Source: Octopus sinensis | Taxonomy: Eukaryota | Length of the DNA stretch: 64,000 nt | Reading direction: 5' to 3' | Assembly (NCBI RefSeq): GCF_006345805.1 | Contig: NC_042997.1 | Location: 171,120,001-171,184,000 of the forward strand | In this document: positions 1-13,361 of the stretch, piece after piece | Numbering within the stretch: position 1 is the first letter of the stretch | Layout of the letters: the number at the start of each line of letters is the position of its first letter | Made by a program: the position numbers and the translations under genes | The notes under the pieces: model-generated | Seen by the model: the letters and a program-made list of their open reading frames with translations, nothing else | What the model was told of the DNA's origin: nothing | The model's database searches: none

Positions 1-114
1 ATGTATGTATGTATGTATGTATGTATGTATGTATGTATGTATGTATGCATGCATGTATGCATGGATGGATGGATGGATGGATGGATGGATGGATGGATGG
101 ATGGATGGATGGAT
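1..114 (+). repeat. Compound (ATGT)n/(ATGG)n microsatellite
   Basis: Direct tetranucleotide repeats. Confidence 0.95.
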
Positions 115-129
115 GTAAAATTTGTTTCA

Positions 130-358
130 AGCCTGCAGGATCACGTGGCCGGAACTTACCCGAGTGGCAGAGATGTTTATGTGATTAAAACTTCTCCTCC
201 CCTGAACGGCGCGCTAGTCCGTCGTAGGGTTATCTCACTTTTCAACCGTGTGGCAAAATGCCTTGCTGAAGGACACAACACACCACTCAATCTGGAAATC
301 AAATGCATGAGCTAACGATCGTTAGTTGGACACTCTAACCACTGGACCTCGCGTCTTC
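130..358 (-). mobile_element. Degenerate tRNA-derived SINE
   Basis: Minus strand starts AAGACGCGAGGTCCAGTGGTTAGAG (A-box-like), followed by a GTGTTGTGTCCTTCAGCAAGGCATT central segment like the other SINEs here. Confidence 0.6.
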
Positions 359-1134
359 ATACATACGCGCGCGCACACAACACTTTTCGAATATCCTCAC
401 TTTTACTGCCTTTAATTCAAATTGGTCTATTGACTGCGCCTTTATGGTCCAATATCATAATTTGTTGCATGGTTGGATGTCCACGTGCAAAAATTGCTGT
501 TGTTGACCCAAACAAAATACTGTACATTGCTGCTACACGTTGAGAAATTTGTACATTTTTTTTCTATATTTATTTAACAAGTGCTCCCGACTTAGATGTT
601 ACTGTCTTGAACGGATCATAAAGCGTGTCATTTTATTCGCAACAGTTGCGCATGAACGGCGCGGGGAGTCTTACTCGGCTAATTTCATATAAGGAACATT
701 GTGACCATTACTGACCGGAATGAAGTGGGGGCAATAATGTAAAAATACTTTCATTAAGAATCGATTTTTACTCAGTCGCATTTTTTGAAAAGGAAACACA
801 AGCGCTCTCATATTGGTGATACAGAGAACTTCCTCAAAAGTATGTTGCTAATTAAAAAATACATTACGATATTCTTTCTTATTGATAGAATGTAGCACAC
901 AGTTTATGTGTACAGTGGGATATTTCAAATTTTAGTTTCTCTGAAACAATTCAGAGCCATCGCTTTTTCTAGTTGAATTTTGGGACCGTAAAAGTGTGGA
1001 CACCCCGATTTTCCAAAATACAAAATGAAGAAAAATCATTTCCATATAAATTTTGAAAATTAAAAAATTGTCTATTGATGACCAGGTAGTTTTTGTAAAA
1101 TAGTAGAGGGTATCATACACAACCATTATTAACT

Positions 1135-1365
1135 GTGGTTAGGGTGTCAGCATCATGATCGTAAGATTGTGGTTTCGATTCTTGGACCGGGCGACGCGTT
1201 GTGTTCTTGAGCAAAACACTTCATTTCACGTTGCTCTAGTCCACTCAGCTGGCAAAAATGAGTAACGCTGCGATGGACTGGCGTCCCGTCCAGCTGGGGA
1301 ACACATACGCCATAGAAACCAGGGAAACCGGGCTCATGAGCCTGGCTAGGCTTTAAATGGGCGCA
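1135..1365 (+). mobile_element. tRNA-derived SINE (family E)
   Basis: GTGGTTAGGG...GGTTTCGATTC box motifs; TTCTTGAGCAAAACACTT core; GCGATGGACTGGCGTCCCGTCCAG module. Near-copy at 16980-17208. Confidence 0.85.
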
Positions 1366-1654
1366 TTCTATTCTTCATTATTAACTATACACAGCTGTTC
1401 TAACTATGTTAGAAAGTTGCTGCTAATGGTTAAACTTAAACCAGCTGCAGTATTCGAAGGAGGAAAAAAAAAACCTAGTTTATTTATCTATGGATGTTAT
1501 TGAAGACATTAATATTTCGAAATATGTACCAATTATTTATTGTTTAGAACTAAACTGCTTGTAACCTACATGCGATCCATTCGTTAAGAACGTATGCCTC
1601 TTTTTTCACAGAAATAAGAATTCTAAAAGGACTTATGCTATTCATATCCAATCC

Positions 1655-1894
1655 GATATTGTTGTTGAGACAACGGCAGTAATTTTATTCAGCTGAATAC
1701 ACGTCATTGATTGGTTGAAATTACCGAAATACGACTACTTTAACCCGAAATAACTTTGAAAATATAAACTTTTCTTAACAACACTAAGAGTAAAAGATGT
1801 TTTATATGACACACTCTACCAGTGTCCGAAGTTTGAAAGTGTTTAGTAAAAAAAAAATTAATTTCTCGACCTGCCGTTCAAAAGGAAAAGATCC
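1655..1894 (+). mobile_element. Right arm of GGATC-ended foldback/MITE family
   Basis: Ends CTGCCGTTCAAAAGGAAAAGATCC; homologous to 6222-6711, 28925-29190 and 39153-39588. Confidence 0.75.
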
Positions 1895-1904
1895 TTAGCT
1901 TGTG

Positions 1905-2072
1905 AAAATTCTTAGCAGCATTTCGTCCGTCGTTATGTTCTGAGTTCAAATTCCGCCGAGGTCGACTTTGCCTTTCATCCTTTCAGAGTCGATGAAAAGA
2001 ATACCAGTTGAGTGCTGAAGTTGATGTCATCACCTTCGAAATCGTTGGCCTTGTGCCAAAATGTAAAAATCA
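1905..2072 (+). mobile_element. SINE-A' (older subfamily) fragment
   Basis: GAGTTCAAATTCCGCCGAGGTCGACTTTGCCTTTCATCC body. Confidence 0.8.
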
Positions 2073-2184
2073 TTGCTATTATTAGTGGCTGTTACTTTAG
2101 ATAGAGCGATAATTCTTTTTAATTAAATTAAAGGAAAAAGTTCACTGCTCGTGAATATGAAGGTTTTTTTTATTTTTTAAGTAA

Positions 2185-2210
2185 ATTATTATTATTATTA
2201 ATATTATTAC

Positions 2211-2271
<61 letters not shown>
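2185..2271 (+). repeat. (ATT)n microsatellite
   Basis: Direct repeats. Confidence 0.95.
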
Positions 2272-3391
2272 AATACATTGACGTGAGGTTGATACCACTA
2301 TCTTTAATTTGCGGTGTAATTGACTTGAAAAAAAAAAGCGAAAAGGAGAAACGGACAGCTTGTCCATTTTTAAATGTTTATTTCAATTTTTTAAAAGCTT
2401 TCTCGTCTGTTGGTGTTCAGTAATTTCTCTGTTTTAATTAGCGATGGGACAAATTTTTACTCTAGCTATAGCAGAAGCAGTGTCCGTCTATTGTAATATT
2501 TTATTTAATCTTATTAACAGCTCTTCACAGTAGAAAATGGAACACTAATAATGGGAGACTGTATGACAAAGATTGGCTAAGTCAGTTCCAGTGGCTTTAT
2601 CTAAAAGAATGCAAGTGTTGTAACCGTACTAGCAAGCATGTGTAATAGTGGCGGTTGTGGTGGTATGATGGATTGCCGTCGTTTCAACGATAAGGGTTCA
2701 CAGTTCTCCGATCGAACTGAATAATCTGTTAACGTACACGCTGTACGTAATTCTCCAACTGAAAAGCGTGGCACAATGTGTGTGAAAAGGCTTATACTGT
2801 TTATATTATGAGTAGAATCCACCCGGCATGCTTTTTTTTTACCGTTTTCATCAACCTAATTTCATTCACAACGTGTGGGTAGAAAGAAAATGACTTAATA
2901 ACAAATGCTCAAGATGTGCAGCGTTGGATTAACCATTAAGCAGAATAAACAAGCGTTTAGAGCATCAAGGGAAGAAGAGAACGACAAAAATGAGAAATAG
3001 TATACGGCACAAAAGAAATCATTTTGAACTTGTTAAAATAATATTCGAGATACCTCATCCCTACTAAGTATAGAAGATGTGTAACGTAAGATTAATTTTG
3101 AAGATCTGATCAAAGACTTTGCAATTAAAAAAAAAGTAAGAGAAAGTTTTTCAAATATAAATAAAATGTAATTATACAAAAATAAATATTTCACATCTTA
3201 CTGTTAGTTTTGTTTCATATTTTAAAATAGATTATATTACGTTTATTTCGTTTTTGCATTTGGTTTGCAAGATTCTTTAAGTGAATTCGTACGTTAAAGC
3301 ATATTTTATTGTGTTTGAGAAGAATCGTTCTCTTTTAGTGCCTTATTACTTAACACACTCAAAAATTTTAGAAAAAATAAGTAAAAAATAT

Positions 3392-3800
3392 AGGCGCAGG
3401 AGTGGCTGTGTGGTAAGTAGCTTGCTAACCAACCACATGGTTGCGGGTTCAGTCCCACTGCGTGGCATCTTGGGCAAGTGTCTTCTGCTATAGCCCCGGG
3501 CCGACCAATGCCTTGTGAGTGGATTTGGTAGACGGAAACTGAAAGAAGCCTGTCGTATATATGTATATATATGTGTGTGTGTGTGTGTTTGTGTGTCTGT
3601 GTTTGTCCCCCTAGCATTGCTTGACAACCGATGCTGGTGTGTTTACGTCCCCGTAACTTAGCGGTTCGGCAAAAGAGACCGATAGAATAAGTACTGGGCT
3701 TACAAAGAATAAGTCCCGGGGTCGATTTGATCGACTAAAGGCGGTGCTCCAGCATGGCCGCAGTCAAATGACTGAAACAAGTAAAAGAGTAAAAAGAGTA
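3392..3800 (+). mobile_element. Full-length SINE-B (tRNA head, CORE-like centre, internal TA/TG microsatellite, (AAAAGAGT)n tail)
   Basis: Head AGGCGCAGGAGTGGCTGTGTGGTAAG; many paralogues in the window. Confidence 0.9.
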
Positions 3801-4229
3801 AATGAGTGGAAATCGAACCGGTGAGTGTATTGAGTAATAAGACACTAAAAAAAGAACTATTTTCCCCAGACAGAATAAAATATTTTATGTTTAGTTATTG
3901 TTTATATTACCTATATATGGGGACACCAAAATCTTTTAAGGGCTTAGAGCCTCTATGGGTCTTAATCCGGCCCCGAAGATGCCGCGTAGTGAGATCGAAA
4001 TCGAGACCTTGATGTTGCAATGCAAACATCTTAACCATTCGGCCAGAGTGTTCCGAAAATAAACATGAAAAAAAAATCCGTTGTAAGTGATCATGAGAAA
4101 TCTATAAAACATAGAATAACTGCTAATAGTTGTACAAAAAGAAATATTAGATTTCTTTTTCAAACTTGTTGACAAAGGCTAGTACTGAAAATACGAAAAT
4201 GTAAATATTTGAAATTTACTGTAGAGTAC

Positions 4230-5400
4230 AAACGGCATGTCGCTGAAGTCAGTAGCATTCAATTGACGGATCACCAAATTGTTCCAATAACAATTTAATA
4301 AAGGAAGTGAACTTGAAAAGGTTAAAGTCACATCAAACAAAATTCATGGATCAAATTAATTATGTTATTGCTCAAGCTTTGAGTGTGGAGCTCGTCGATG
4401 ACTTAGAAATGACAAACATACGCTTTATCAATTGACGAACCAATTAGTATAAGCGTCATAAAAAGTGATGCCTTTATGAGTGAATATTTTTTTCCTACAA
4501 AAAACGAAGAATTCAAAACAATTTATTTAGGCTGAACAACTTAACGAAATTTTTTTATAATGAAACTCTTTTACTCTTTTACTTGTTTCAGTCATGTGAC
4601 TGTGGCCATGCTGGAGCACCGCCTTATAGTCGAGCAAATAGACCCCAGGACTTATTTTTTGTAAGCCTAGTACTTATTCTATCGGTCACTTTTGCCGAAC
4701 CGCTAAGTTACGGGGACGTTGGGAGGACAAACACAGACACATAAACATATACACACGCATACATATATACATATATACGACAGGCTTCTTTCAGTTTCCG
4801 TCTACCAAATCCACTCACAAGGCTTTGGTCGGCCCGAGGATATAGTAGAAGACACTTGCCCAAGGTGTCACGCAGTGGGACTGAACCCGGAACGATGTGG
4901 TTGGTAAGCAACCTACTTACCACACAGCCACTCCTGCGTTAAAGTTTTTAATAACAAACAACTTGTTGCAAATAATTACGTTGGATAAGAAGTAGATGGA
5001 GTAAATGCTGTTGATGTGCAGAATGCTTTAGTATTTTCGAAATTTGAAGAAATATGAGCCCCAAATATATGGCTGGGATTCGCTTTATGAAACCAAAAGG
5101 AAAATTTGTTTTGAGTTTGCGTCCGTCATCGAGACGACTACAAGAAAATTTAATACATGCTACAAAATTAGCCCGCCCCATGCATGACTCGTAGGTCGAT
5201 CGAAGGGAAATAAGTGTATACTAATGATCCAACGGCAACGGATGGATCACGTGGTCTGTATTATGTCAATTGCTGAATTACATGTTGCATACTCTTAGTA
5301 TTGAACTTCGGGGCACAACTAATAAATTTTATCATAATTTCACTTGCCATTTTATCTTGAATTTCGAGTCTATAAATGTAGCCTTTGAATTATCCTTCGT
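4230..5400 (+). pseudogene. Highly degenerate hAT-like transposase relic, split by a SINE-B
   Basis: Frameshifted peptides LKSHQTKFMDQINYVIAQALSVELVDDL / LSIDEPISISVIK (cf. FSLLIDESTDIS), VG*EVDGVNAV (cf. GIGTDGAS), FESINVAFE. Recognised by eye. Confidence 0.5.
4565..4938 (-). mobile_element. Full-length SINE-B
   Basis: Reverse complement of the 3392-3800 family. Confidence 0.9.
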
Positions 5401-5511
5401 TTGGGGTAGAGAGAACGTGGTGTAACGTGATCCAAGCAACGGAAAATTTAAAAGTCCGATTCAACTGTTGTTGAGATGGGATCCTATTCTACCAGAGTAA
5501 GTGCCAAGAGT

Positions 5512-5864
5512 CTGGGAATCTGGGACCCCCTTCGGTCACGACACTGACCATGGGATTGCACCTAGAAAGTTACCCTCCTAGTCACAAGTCTGGGCAAGGT
5601 GGTTGGTTTATGGAAGACCAGCAGTCGCCCATGCATACCGGCCTCCCCTCTCCACGCCACCAGTGTTATCCAAGGGAAAGGCAAAGGCCGATACAGCTTG
5701 GCACCCGTGACGTCGCAACTCATTTCTACAGCTGAGTGAACTGGAGCAACGTGAAATAAAGTGTCTTGCTCAAGAACACAACACGCAGCCTGGTCCGGGA
5801 TTCGAGCTCACAACCTCACGATCGTAAACTCGACGCTCTAACCACTGAGCCATGCGCCTTCACA
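5512..5864 (-). mobile_element. tRNA-derived SINE (family D) with 10-bp TSD
   Basis: TGCCAAGAGT at 5502-5511 and 5865-5874; paralogue at 52616-52945. Confidence 0.85.
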
Positions 5865-6221
5865 TGCCAAGAGTAGAAGATACTATAAAAGGAGTGAACA
5901 TCTTCAGTTTCACTATCTCCCAAGTAACAGATTGAGTTTATCTCAATTTTCTAATCTAGTGAAAGTGATCTCAAAAATATTTCGCCATTATCGTGAATGA
6001 AATTCCAAACATCTCCCACTTTGAGCAGATAATATATAAGTCCGAGGTATGTTAATTTAAATGACGGTAGGTACAAAAAAGATTTCTGAAGTTTGCAGAT
6101 TGCATCAGTAAATCGAAGAGATTATTCAGTTTATCATGGGTGCCTTCGAAGAACGTGCCTTTCCTCTCAGTGACTGAAAGGCGCACGCTTATAACAACGA
6201 TGCAAACATGGCAGAAAAGTG

Positions 6222-6711
6222 GGATCTTTACCTTTTGACGGTCAGATTTTAAAAATAATTTTTTGTAACTAAACACTCTTAAACTTCGGACACTGGTAGA
6301 ATGTGTCATATAAAATATCTTTTACTCTTAGCACTTTTGAGAAAAACTTATATTTACGAAGTTATTTCACGTTAAAGTTGTCGTATTTCGGTAATTTCAA
6401 CCAATCAATGACGTGTATTCAGCTGAATAAAATTTCTGCTGTTGTTTGTCAACAAGAACTTCCGGTGGTGTATATTTCGTTTGTCACTGCTATTTATGAC
6501 AACCCTAACCCTAACCTTAAAACATTAACCCTAACACCCTAACCCTAAAACCCTAACCCTAAAACCTTAAAGCTAAAACCAGCACAAACGCACGAACGAT
6601 GTCATGAATAACAGTGACAAACGAAATATACACCGCCGATAGTTGTTGTTGACAAACAACGGCAGTAATTTTATTCAGCTGAATACACGTCATTGATTGA
6701 CTGAAATTATG
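6222..6711. mobile_element. Foldback element with (CCCTAA)-like loop, right end truncated
   Basis: Starts GGATCTTTACCTTTTGACGG; arms about 6395-6500 and 6600-6711 are inverted copies; loop contains AACCCTAACCCT repeats. Confidence 0.8.
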
Positions 6712-7282
6712 TTTGAGAATATTATTAACTATTGTAGTTACGGCAACCGCAGCGGGGAAATAAGATCTTTTAGCAGATTCAAAAATCTCAAAAATTGTTG
6801 AAGTCCATTATGTCTAAAACTCGGTTTGTTGATTTTAGCAAGGTAGAGAGAATTGACTCAAATATTGCCAGGGAAATTGGTTTTGGCAGTATTATTAGAA
6901 GTGTTGCAGAGACAGGAAGCTCATTTAATTAGCTGATTAGGCTTATCGTCGTTTTGTATAGAGTATATAGCTATCAGTATTTAAGAAAGTTTATCAGTGA
7001 TCATATCAAGGTAGCCTGAGATTAGCCACGATGTCGAATTATACTTTCATTATAGAGCGAGCAAAAGCTCATATTTAATCGGGTTTTATGTCCTGTATTT
7101 CTCTCTTCCATCCTCTCTCTTTCTCTCTCTCAGATTTATATAAAAAGTTGGCAATCTACTCAGATTCGCCTTGAGTTGAGTTGTCAATTGGTGAAACTCT
7201 GAGTAAACTGTCAAACTTATGACCTAATTAACATATCTAACCACTATATCAAATAGAGTGTTTGAACTACGTAAAATATACA

Positions 7283-7447
7283 AGGCGCGGGCGTGACTGT
7301 GTGGTAAGCAGCTTGCTTACCAGCCACATGGTTCCGGGTTCAGTACCACTGCGTGGTACCTTGGACAAGTATCTTCTACTATAGCCTCGGGCCGACCAAA
7401 GCCTTGTGAGTAGATTTAGTAGACAGACACTGAAAGAAGCCCGTCGA

Positions 7448-7522
<75 letters not shown>

Positions 7523-7540
7523 CGTGCGCATGTGTGTGTG
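7283..7540 (+). mobile_element. SINE-B 5' half ending in (TG)n
   Basis: Head and core match family B. Confidence 0.85.
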
Positions 7541-8290
7541 CAGGAGGGAGTTCTGGAAGTCATCCATAGGCCCAGGCCTGAAAGTTCTCCGAAGCAGACC
7601 GGTTAGTTGATTCTCGTCGACGGCTAGAGTTTCTCCGAGTACGTCGTCGCACTTCCCCTCCACTAACCCTCTATAGAACACTAGAGTGTAACTACCACCG
7701 GCCCCATTGCCCCGGCTGGTGGAGGGCTGTGAGCGCTTGACGGGTCTTGAGGTGCCAAGCGCTCCTCCTCGGTCTACGCCTAATCCAGGTTTGCAGCCCA
7801 GTCAAAAAGACTAGCTGTGGAAAAGTGAGTCTTACAAACGGCGACCACGCCTGCTCACCGTCAAGGAAACGCTGAAGATGCCGTAGCCTGAGCGCATGTC
7901 TGCGCTTCAGTAACAACAGCATTCCCAGCCCTCCATTCAGCGGCTGTTGACAGCAGATGGACACTTGACAGGTGGAATGCGCCTCTTCCACAGAAAGCGG
8001 AAGATTAAGCGTACCAGCTTGGTCAACCAGCAAACGCGGTAAGGAACGACGGTCAAGTGGTAATAGATGGCAGAATCGATGTACGCATTCACCACCTCCG
8101 CTCGACCTTTGAGGGACAGCTTCCTCTCGACCCATTTCTGGGTGAGATTGACTACCCTGCTCGTCACTTCGTCCCAGTTTTTCTCCACCTGGAGGTCTGG
8201 ACCGAACCAGACCCCGAGCAATTTAACCGGGGCCTCTGTCCAGCGCCCCACAACGCTGTTGGACGGCATGGACTTGCCGACTTGCCGAGC
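7541..8290 (-). pseudogene. L1/Tx1-like LINE ORF2 fragment (post-RT region)
   Basis: Peptides VKLLGVWFG, W..RKLSLKGRAEVVN, QQPLNGGLG; frameshifted; overlaps the homologous region of 44583-45790. Confidence 0.8.
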
Positions 8291-8609
8291 TGCAAGCCCA
8301 CTGAATTTTCAGCGTTGATTTTTGTTCCTACCACGTCCACTACCCAACCTCTTTTATGGTAGCTACTAAACAGAAGACTACCGCCTGCCCTGCCTTGTTA
8401 AAGGTTGGTGATGGGGCGATCCTCACGACTGAATCGACCGATAGTCGGATTCAAATTTTGGTACAAGGCCAGCAATGTTTCAGAGGAGAGTAAGTTAATT
8501 ACATCCCTCTCAGTGCCCAAATGATGCTACCTGCTCTGGCTTGTTAAAGGGTGTTAACTCTGGCTTGTTAACTCGACAGATAGTCGGATTCTTCATAATT
8601 ATAACAATG

Positions 8610-8820
8610 CAAAGGTTTCAAATTTTAGTTTAAGGACAGCAATTTTTTAAGGGGAGGGGCAAATCGATAACATCGACCCCAGTGCTCATCTGATACATTA
8701 CTTTATCGACTCTGAAAGGCAAAGTTAAGTTAATCTCGGCGGAATTTGAACTCGAAACGTAAAGCCGGAAAAAATGCCGCTAAGCATTTTGCCCGGCGTG
8801 CTATCGATTCTGTCAGCTTA
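8610..8820 (-). mobile_element. SINE-A' degenerate copy
   Basis: Family-A body with the CCCCTCCCC...AAATTGCTG-type tail. Confidence 0.75.
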
Positions 8821-9029
8821 CACGATTAGATAACAATAAACGAAAATACATAAATATAAACAAGTTTAAAGACGGATAATGTGTAAAGGCCTCCGTGTTT
8901 CTTTCATGGATTTCTTACTGAACAATACCAAGGAATAGGACTGGCCGCATTCGTTCATGCTCACGTAAGTGATGTCTGTCAATCTTACGAAACATAAGTA
9001 CATTATTATATAAAGCATTAACACTGACT

Positions 9030-9422
9030 GAATCCCTTTTCTTCTCTAGGCAAAAGGCCCGAAATTTTGGGGGAGGGAGCCAGTTGCTTAGATCGACCGC
9101 AGTACGCAACTGGAACCTTATTTATCGACCCCGAAAGGATGAAAGGCAAAGTTGACCTCGGCGGATTTTGAACTCAGAATGTAAAGACAGATAAAATACC
9201 TATTTCTTTACTACCCACAAGGGGCTAAACACAGAGAGGACAGACAAGGAGATTAAGTCGATTACATCGACCCCAGTGCGTAACTGGTACTTATTTAATC
9301 GGCCCCGAAAGGATGAAAGGTAAAGTCGACCTCGGCGGAATTTGAACCCAGAACGTAACGGCAGACGAAATACGGCTACGCATTTCGTCCGGCATGCTAA
9401 CGTTTCTGCCAGCTCGCCGCCT
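9030..9422 (-). mobile_element. SINE-A nested in SINE-A'
   Basis: Head, A body and tail, then AAAGAAATAG|GTATTT junction, then A' body. Confidence 0.85.
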
Positions 9423-9654
9423 TCTTTTCTATTACATATTACATGCATAGATACACATATGGATACACGTACGCACGCACATACATACATACATACATAC
9501 ATACATACATACATACATACATACATACATACATACATTCATACATACATACATATATACATACATACATACATACATAGAGACGCTGGACTATTGAGAA
9601 ATCTGCAGTTACTCTATCCAGATTACAAGTTCAGGTTTATATTGGGACACTAAA

Positions 9655-10108
9655 GTGAGGAAAGGCTGTGCACTGAGTCAATCCCACTCACTAAGCAACA
9701 GCAGCCATAATCCGAAAAGAAGAACAAGTCAACATCATCGGTAACCACTGAGCCGCAGTTTTATGTCGGAGTTATCCCAGTTACTTGAGTTACCTTCTCC
9801 TAGAAGGATGCCCTAACAAAGGCTAGGAGTCCTTCACTCCCAATGGTTTAACCGCGCGATCAGGTATTCAGTCCGATTATTTCTATGTCCCCACACATGA
9901 TACAGCCTTAAGACATTTATTGGATGGCCGTTGACTTTCAAGAGTTCCTCCGCCCTTTGACGGGTTTTGTTTTTCATCCCGCAGGGTGACCAATAAACAC
10001 CCTCCTCACCAAGCAAGCTTGGTGGGGTTGCCAGTTTAGTCACCGACGACCCGACGATGCAACAGGTTGTACTGGGTTACATGTTACCAGTAGCACTCGA
10101 AAGTGACC
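9655..10108 (-). mobile_element. Probable RTE-clade LINE 5'-UTR fragment
   Basis: AAACTGGCAACCCCACC and CCTTCTAGGAGAAGGTAACTC motifs resemble RTE 5' regions (recollection only). Confidence 0.4.
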
Positions 10109-10110
10109 TG

Positions 10111-10141
10111 ACATACATACATACATACATACATACATACA

Positions 10142-10175
<34 letters not shown>

Positions 10176-10322
10176 CATACATACATACGTACGTACATAC
10201 ACACATACATACAAACAAAATGCTCTGTTGATGTTGAAATTCGAATGAAGGAGCCTAGTTAGAAACCGGCTCTTTCTCTGTTGGCAAGAAATCCTGAAAT
10301 AAAACTGAATAATGACATACAT

Positions 10323-10359
<37 letters not shown>

Positions 10360-10811
10360 ACACACACATACATACATACATACATACATACATACATACA
10401 TACATACGTACGTACGTACGTACATACATACATACATACATACATACATACATACAAACACACAAACATACATACATACATACATACATTCATACATACA
10501 TACATACACACACACATACATACATACATACATACATACATGCATACATACATACATACATACATAACATACATACATACATACATACATACATACACAC
10601 ACACACAAACATACATACATACATACAACATACATACATACATACATACATACATACACACACACAAACATACATACATACATACATACATACTACACAC
10701 ACATACACACACATACATACATACATACATACATACATACATACACACACAAACATACATACATACATACTACATACATACACACACACATACACACACA
10801 CATACATACAT

Positions 10812-10855
<44 letters not shown>

Positions 10856-11309
10856 CACACACACATACATACATACATACATACATCATACATACATACA
10901 TACATACATAATACATACATACATACATACATACATACATACATACATACATACATACAAACACACAAACATACATACATACATACATACATACATACAT
11001 ACACACACACAAACATACATACATACATACATACATACATGCATACATACATACATACATACATACATACATACATACATACATACATACATACACACAC
11101 ACACAAACATACATACATACATACAACATACATACATACATACATACATACATACACACACACAAACATACATACATACATACATACATACTACACACAC
11201 ATACACACACATACATACATACATACATACATACATACATACACACACAAACATACATACATACATACTACATACATACACACACACATACACACACACA
11301 TACATACAT

Positions 11310-11353
<44 letters not shown>

Positions 11354-11966
11354 CACACACACATACATACATACATACATACATCATACATACATACATA
11401 CATACATAATACATACATACATACATACATACATACATACATACATACATACATACAAACACACAAACATACATACATACATACATACATACATACATAC
11501 ACACACAAACATACATACATACATACATACATGCATACATACATACATACATACATACATACATACATACATGCATACATACATACATACATACACACAC
11601 ACAAACATACATACATACATACATACATACATGCATACATACATACATACATACACACACACAAACATACATACATACATACATACATACACACACATAC
11701 ACACACACATACATACATACATACATACATACATACATACACACACAAACATACATACATACATACATACATACATACACACACATACACACACACATAC
11801 ATACATACATACATACATACATACATACACCACACACACACACACACATACATACATACATACATACATACATACATACATACATACATACATACATACA
11901 TACATACATACATACATACATACATACATACATACATACATACATACATACATACATACATACATA
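10111..11966 (+). repeat. About 1.85-kb compound (ACAT)n/(AC)n microsatellite with 498-bp internal duplication
   Basis: Variant TACTACACAC recurs at 10691 and 11189; ORF-track frames also recur at 498-bp offset. Confidence 0.95.
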
Positions 11967-12240
11967 ACTCGCGTACCGTTTGCATTAGACTGAATTGAAC
12001 GGCAAACTAGATTCATATTTTGGTCATAAAACTATAACAGCATATGTCTGACTGATGAAAAATTTAGGTATATATATATTATTAAGTAGTTCAGTGAGTG
12101 AAAGCACATTTCACGTGTGGAACATTAAATTAAAATAATGGAATAAATCATTAAAGCTATCATATAGTCAGTGAGATAAAATATCTGTTAATGGCTATTA
12201 AGTAGCGGAGTCTAAGAACTATATCGGTTCTAGTAAACTA

Positions 12241-12452
12241 AATAAATGAATGAACGAAACAAGCTTATGCGAGATTTTCACCTTATTTGTAAATTCAGCA
12301 AGCGTGTCTGTATGTGGTCGCTCAATCTGCTAGGAATAGCAGCCGAATAAATGAATAAACGAAACAAGCTTATGCGAGATTTTCACCTTATTTGTAAATT
12401 CAACAAGCGTGTCTGTATGTGGTCATTCAATCTGCTAGGAATAGCAGCCGAA
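12241..12452 (+). repeat. Tandem duplication, 105-bp unit x2
   Basis: AATAAATGAA...AGCAGCCGAA at 12241 and 12346, few substitutions. Confidence 0.9.
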
Positions 12453-12571
12453 TTTTGTATAGATAACGCTGTAATCACAGCTGGTTACTATCATAGATAC
12501 TTGGTCTTCTTGATCGATGCGGACCAACTAAACCAATTTTTTTTTTACTTATAATCTTTTACTTGTTTCTT

Positions 12572-12803
12572 ATTTCTTTATTGCCCACAAGGGGTTAAAC
12601 TTAGAGGGGACAAACAAGGACAGACAAAGGGATTAAGTCGATTACATCGACCTCAGTGCGTAACTGGTACTTAATTTATTGATCCTGAAAGGCTGAAAGG
12701 CAAAGTCGACCTCGGTGGAATTTGAACTCAGAACGTAACGGCAGACAAAATACCGCTAAGAATTTCGCCCAGTATGCTTAACGTTTCTGCCAGCTCGCCG
12801 CTT
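12572..12803 (-). mobile_element. SINE-A inserted in the tail of an older SINE-B
   Basis: Full head and tail; flanking TTTTACTTGTTTCT repeat; SINE-B remainder at about 12805-13290. Confidence 0.85.
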
Positions 12804-12952
12804 TCTTTTACTTGTTTCTGTTGCTGGACTGCAGCCATGCTGGGCCAACATTTTGAAGGATTTAGCCGAAGAGATCAACCCCAGTGCTTTTATATTTTTT
12901 AATAAAGTTTAGTACTCATTCTGTCGGTCTCGTGTGCCAGAATTGCTATTAA

Positions 12953-13090
<138 letters not shown>

Positions 13091-13361
13091 TGAGTGTATG
13101 TATGTGTACGTATGTGTGTGTGTGTGGGCTCCATTCAGTTTCCATCTTCCAAATTTACTTACAAGGTCTAAATTCAGCCTAAAGCTATAGAAGAAGAAAA
13201 TACTTACCCAAAGTGTCGTGTAGTGGGACTGAACTGCAAACACGCGGCTACAAACTGGGTTTCTTAACCACACAGCTACGCCTGCGCCTAGCTTTTTTCT
13301 CTTTCATTTTTTTTTTTTTTTCACAGCCCTTGTTCATTTGCTCTTCAGTTTAGTTTAGCCA

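Noticed and set aside
6778-6843. Possible 66-nt coding exon (IQKSQKLLKSIMSKTRFVDFSK); similar weak candidates near 7134, 37768, 38990 and 60947
   Set aside because: Weak splice context, no recognisable homology and no consistent exon chain.
9578-9650. RDAGLLRNLQLLYPDYKFRFI as an RLE-LINE C-terminal scrap
   Set aside because: Too short to classify.
10077-12016. Long ORFs up to 570 aa (HTYI/MYVC repeats)
   Set aside because: Translations of (ACAT)n/(AC)n, which lack stop codons.
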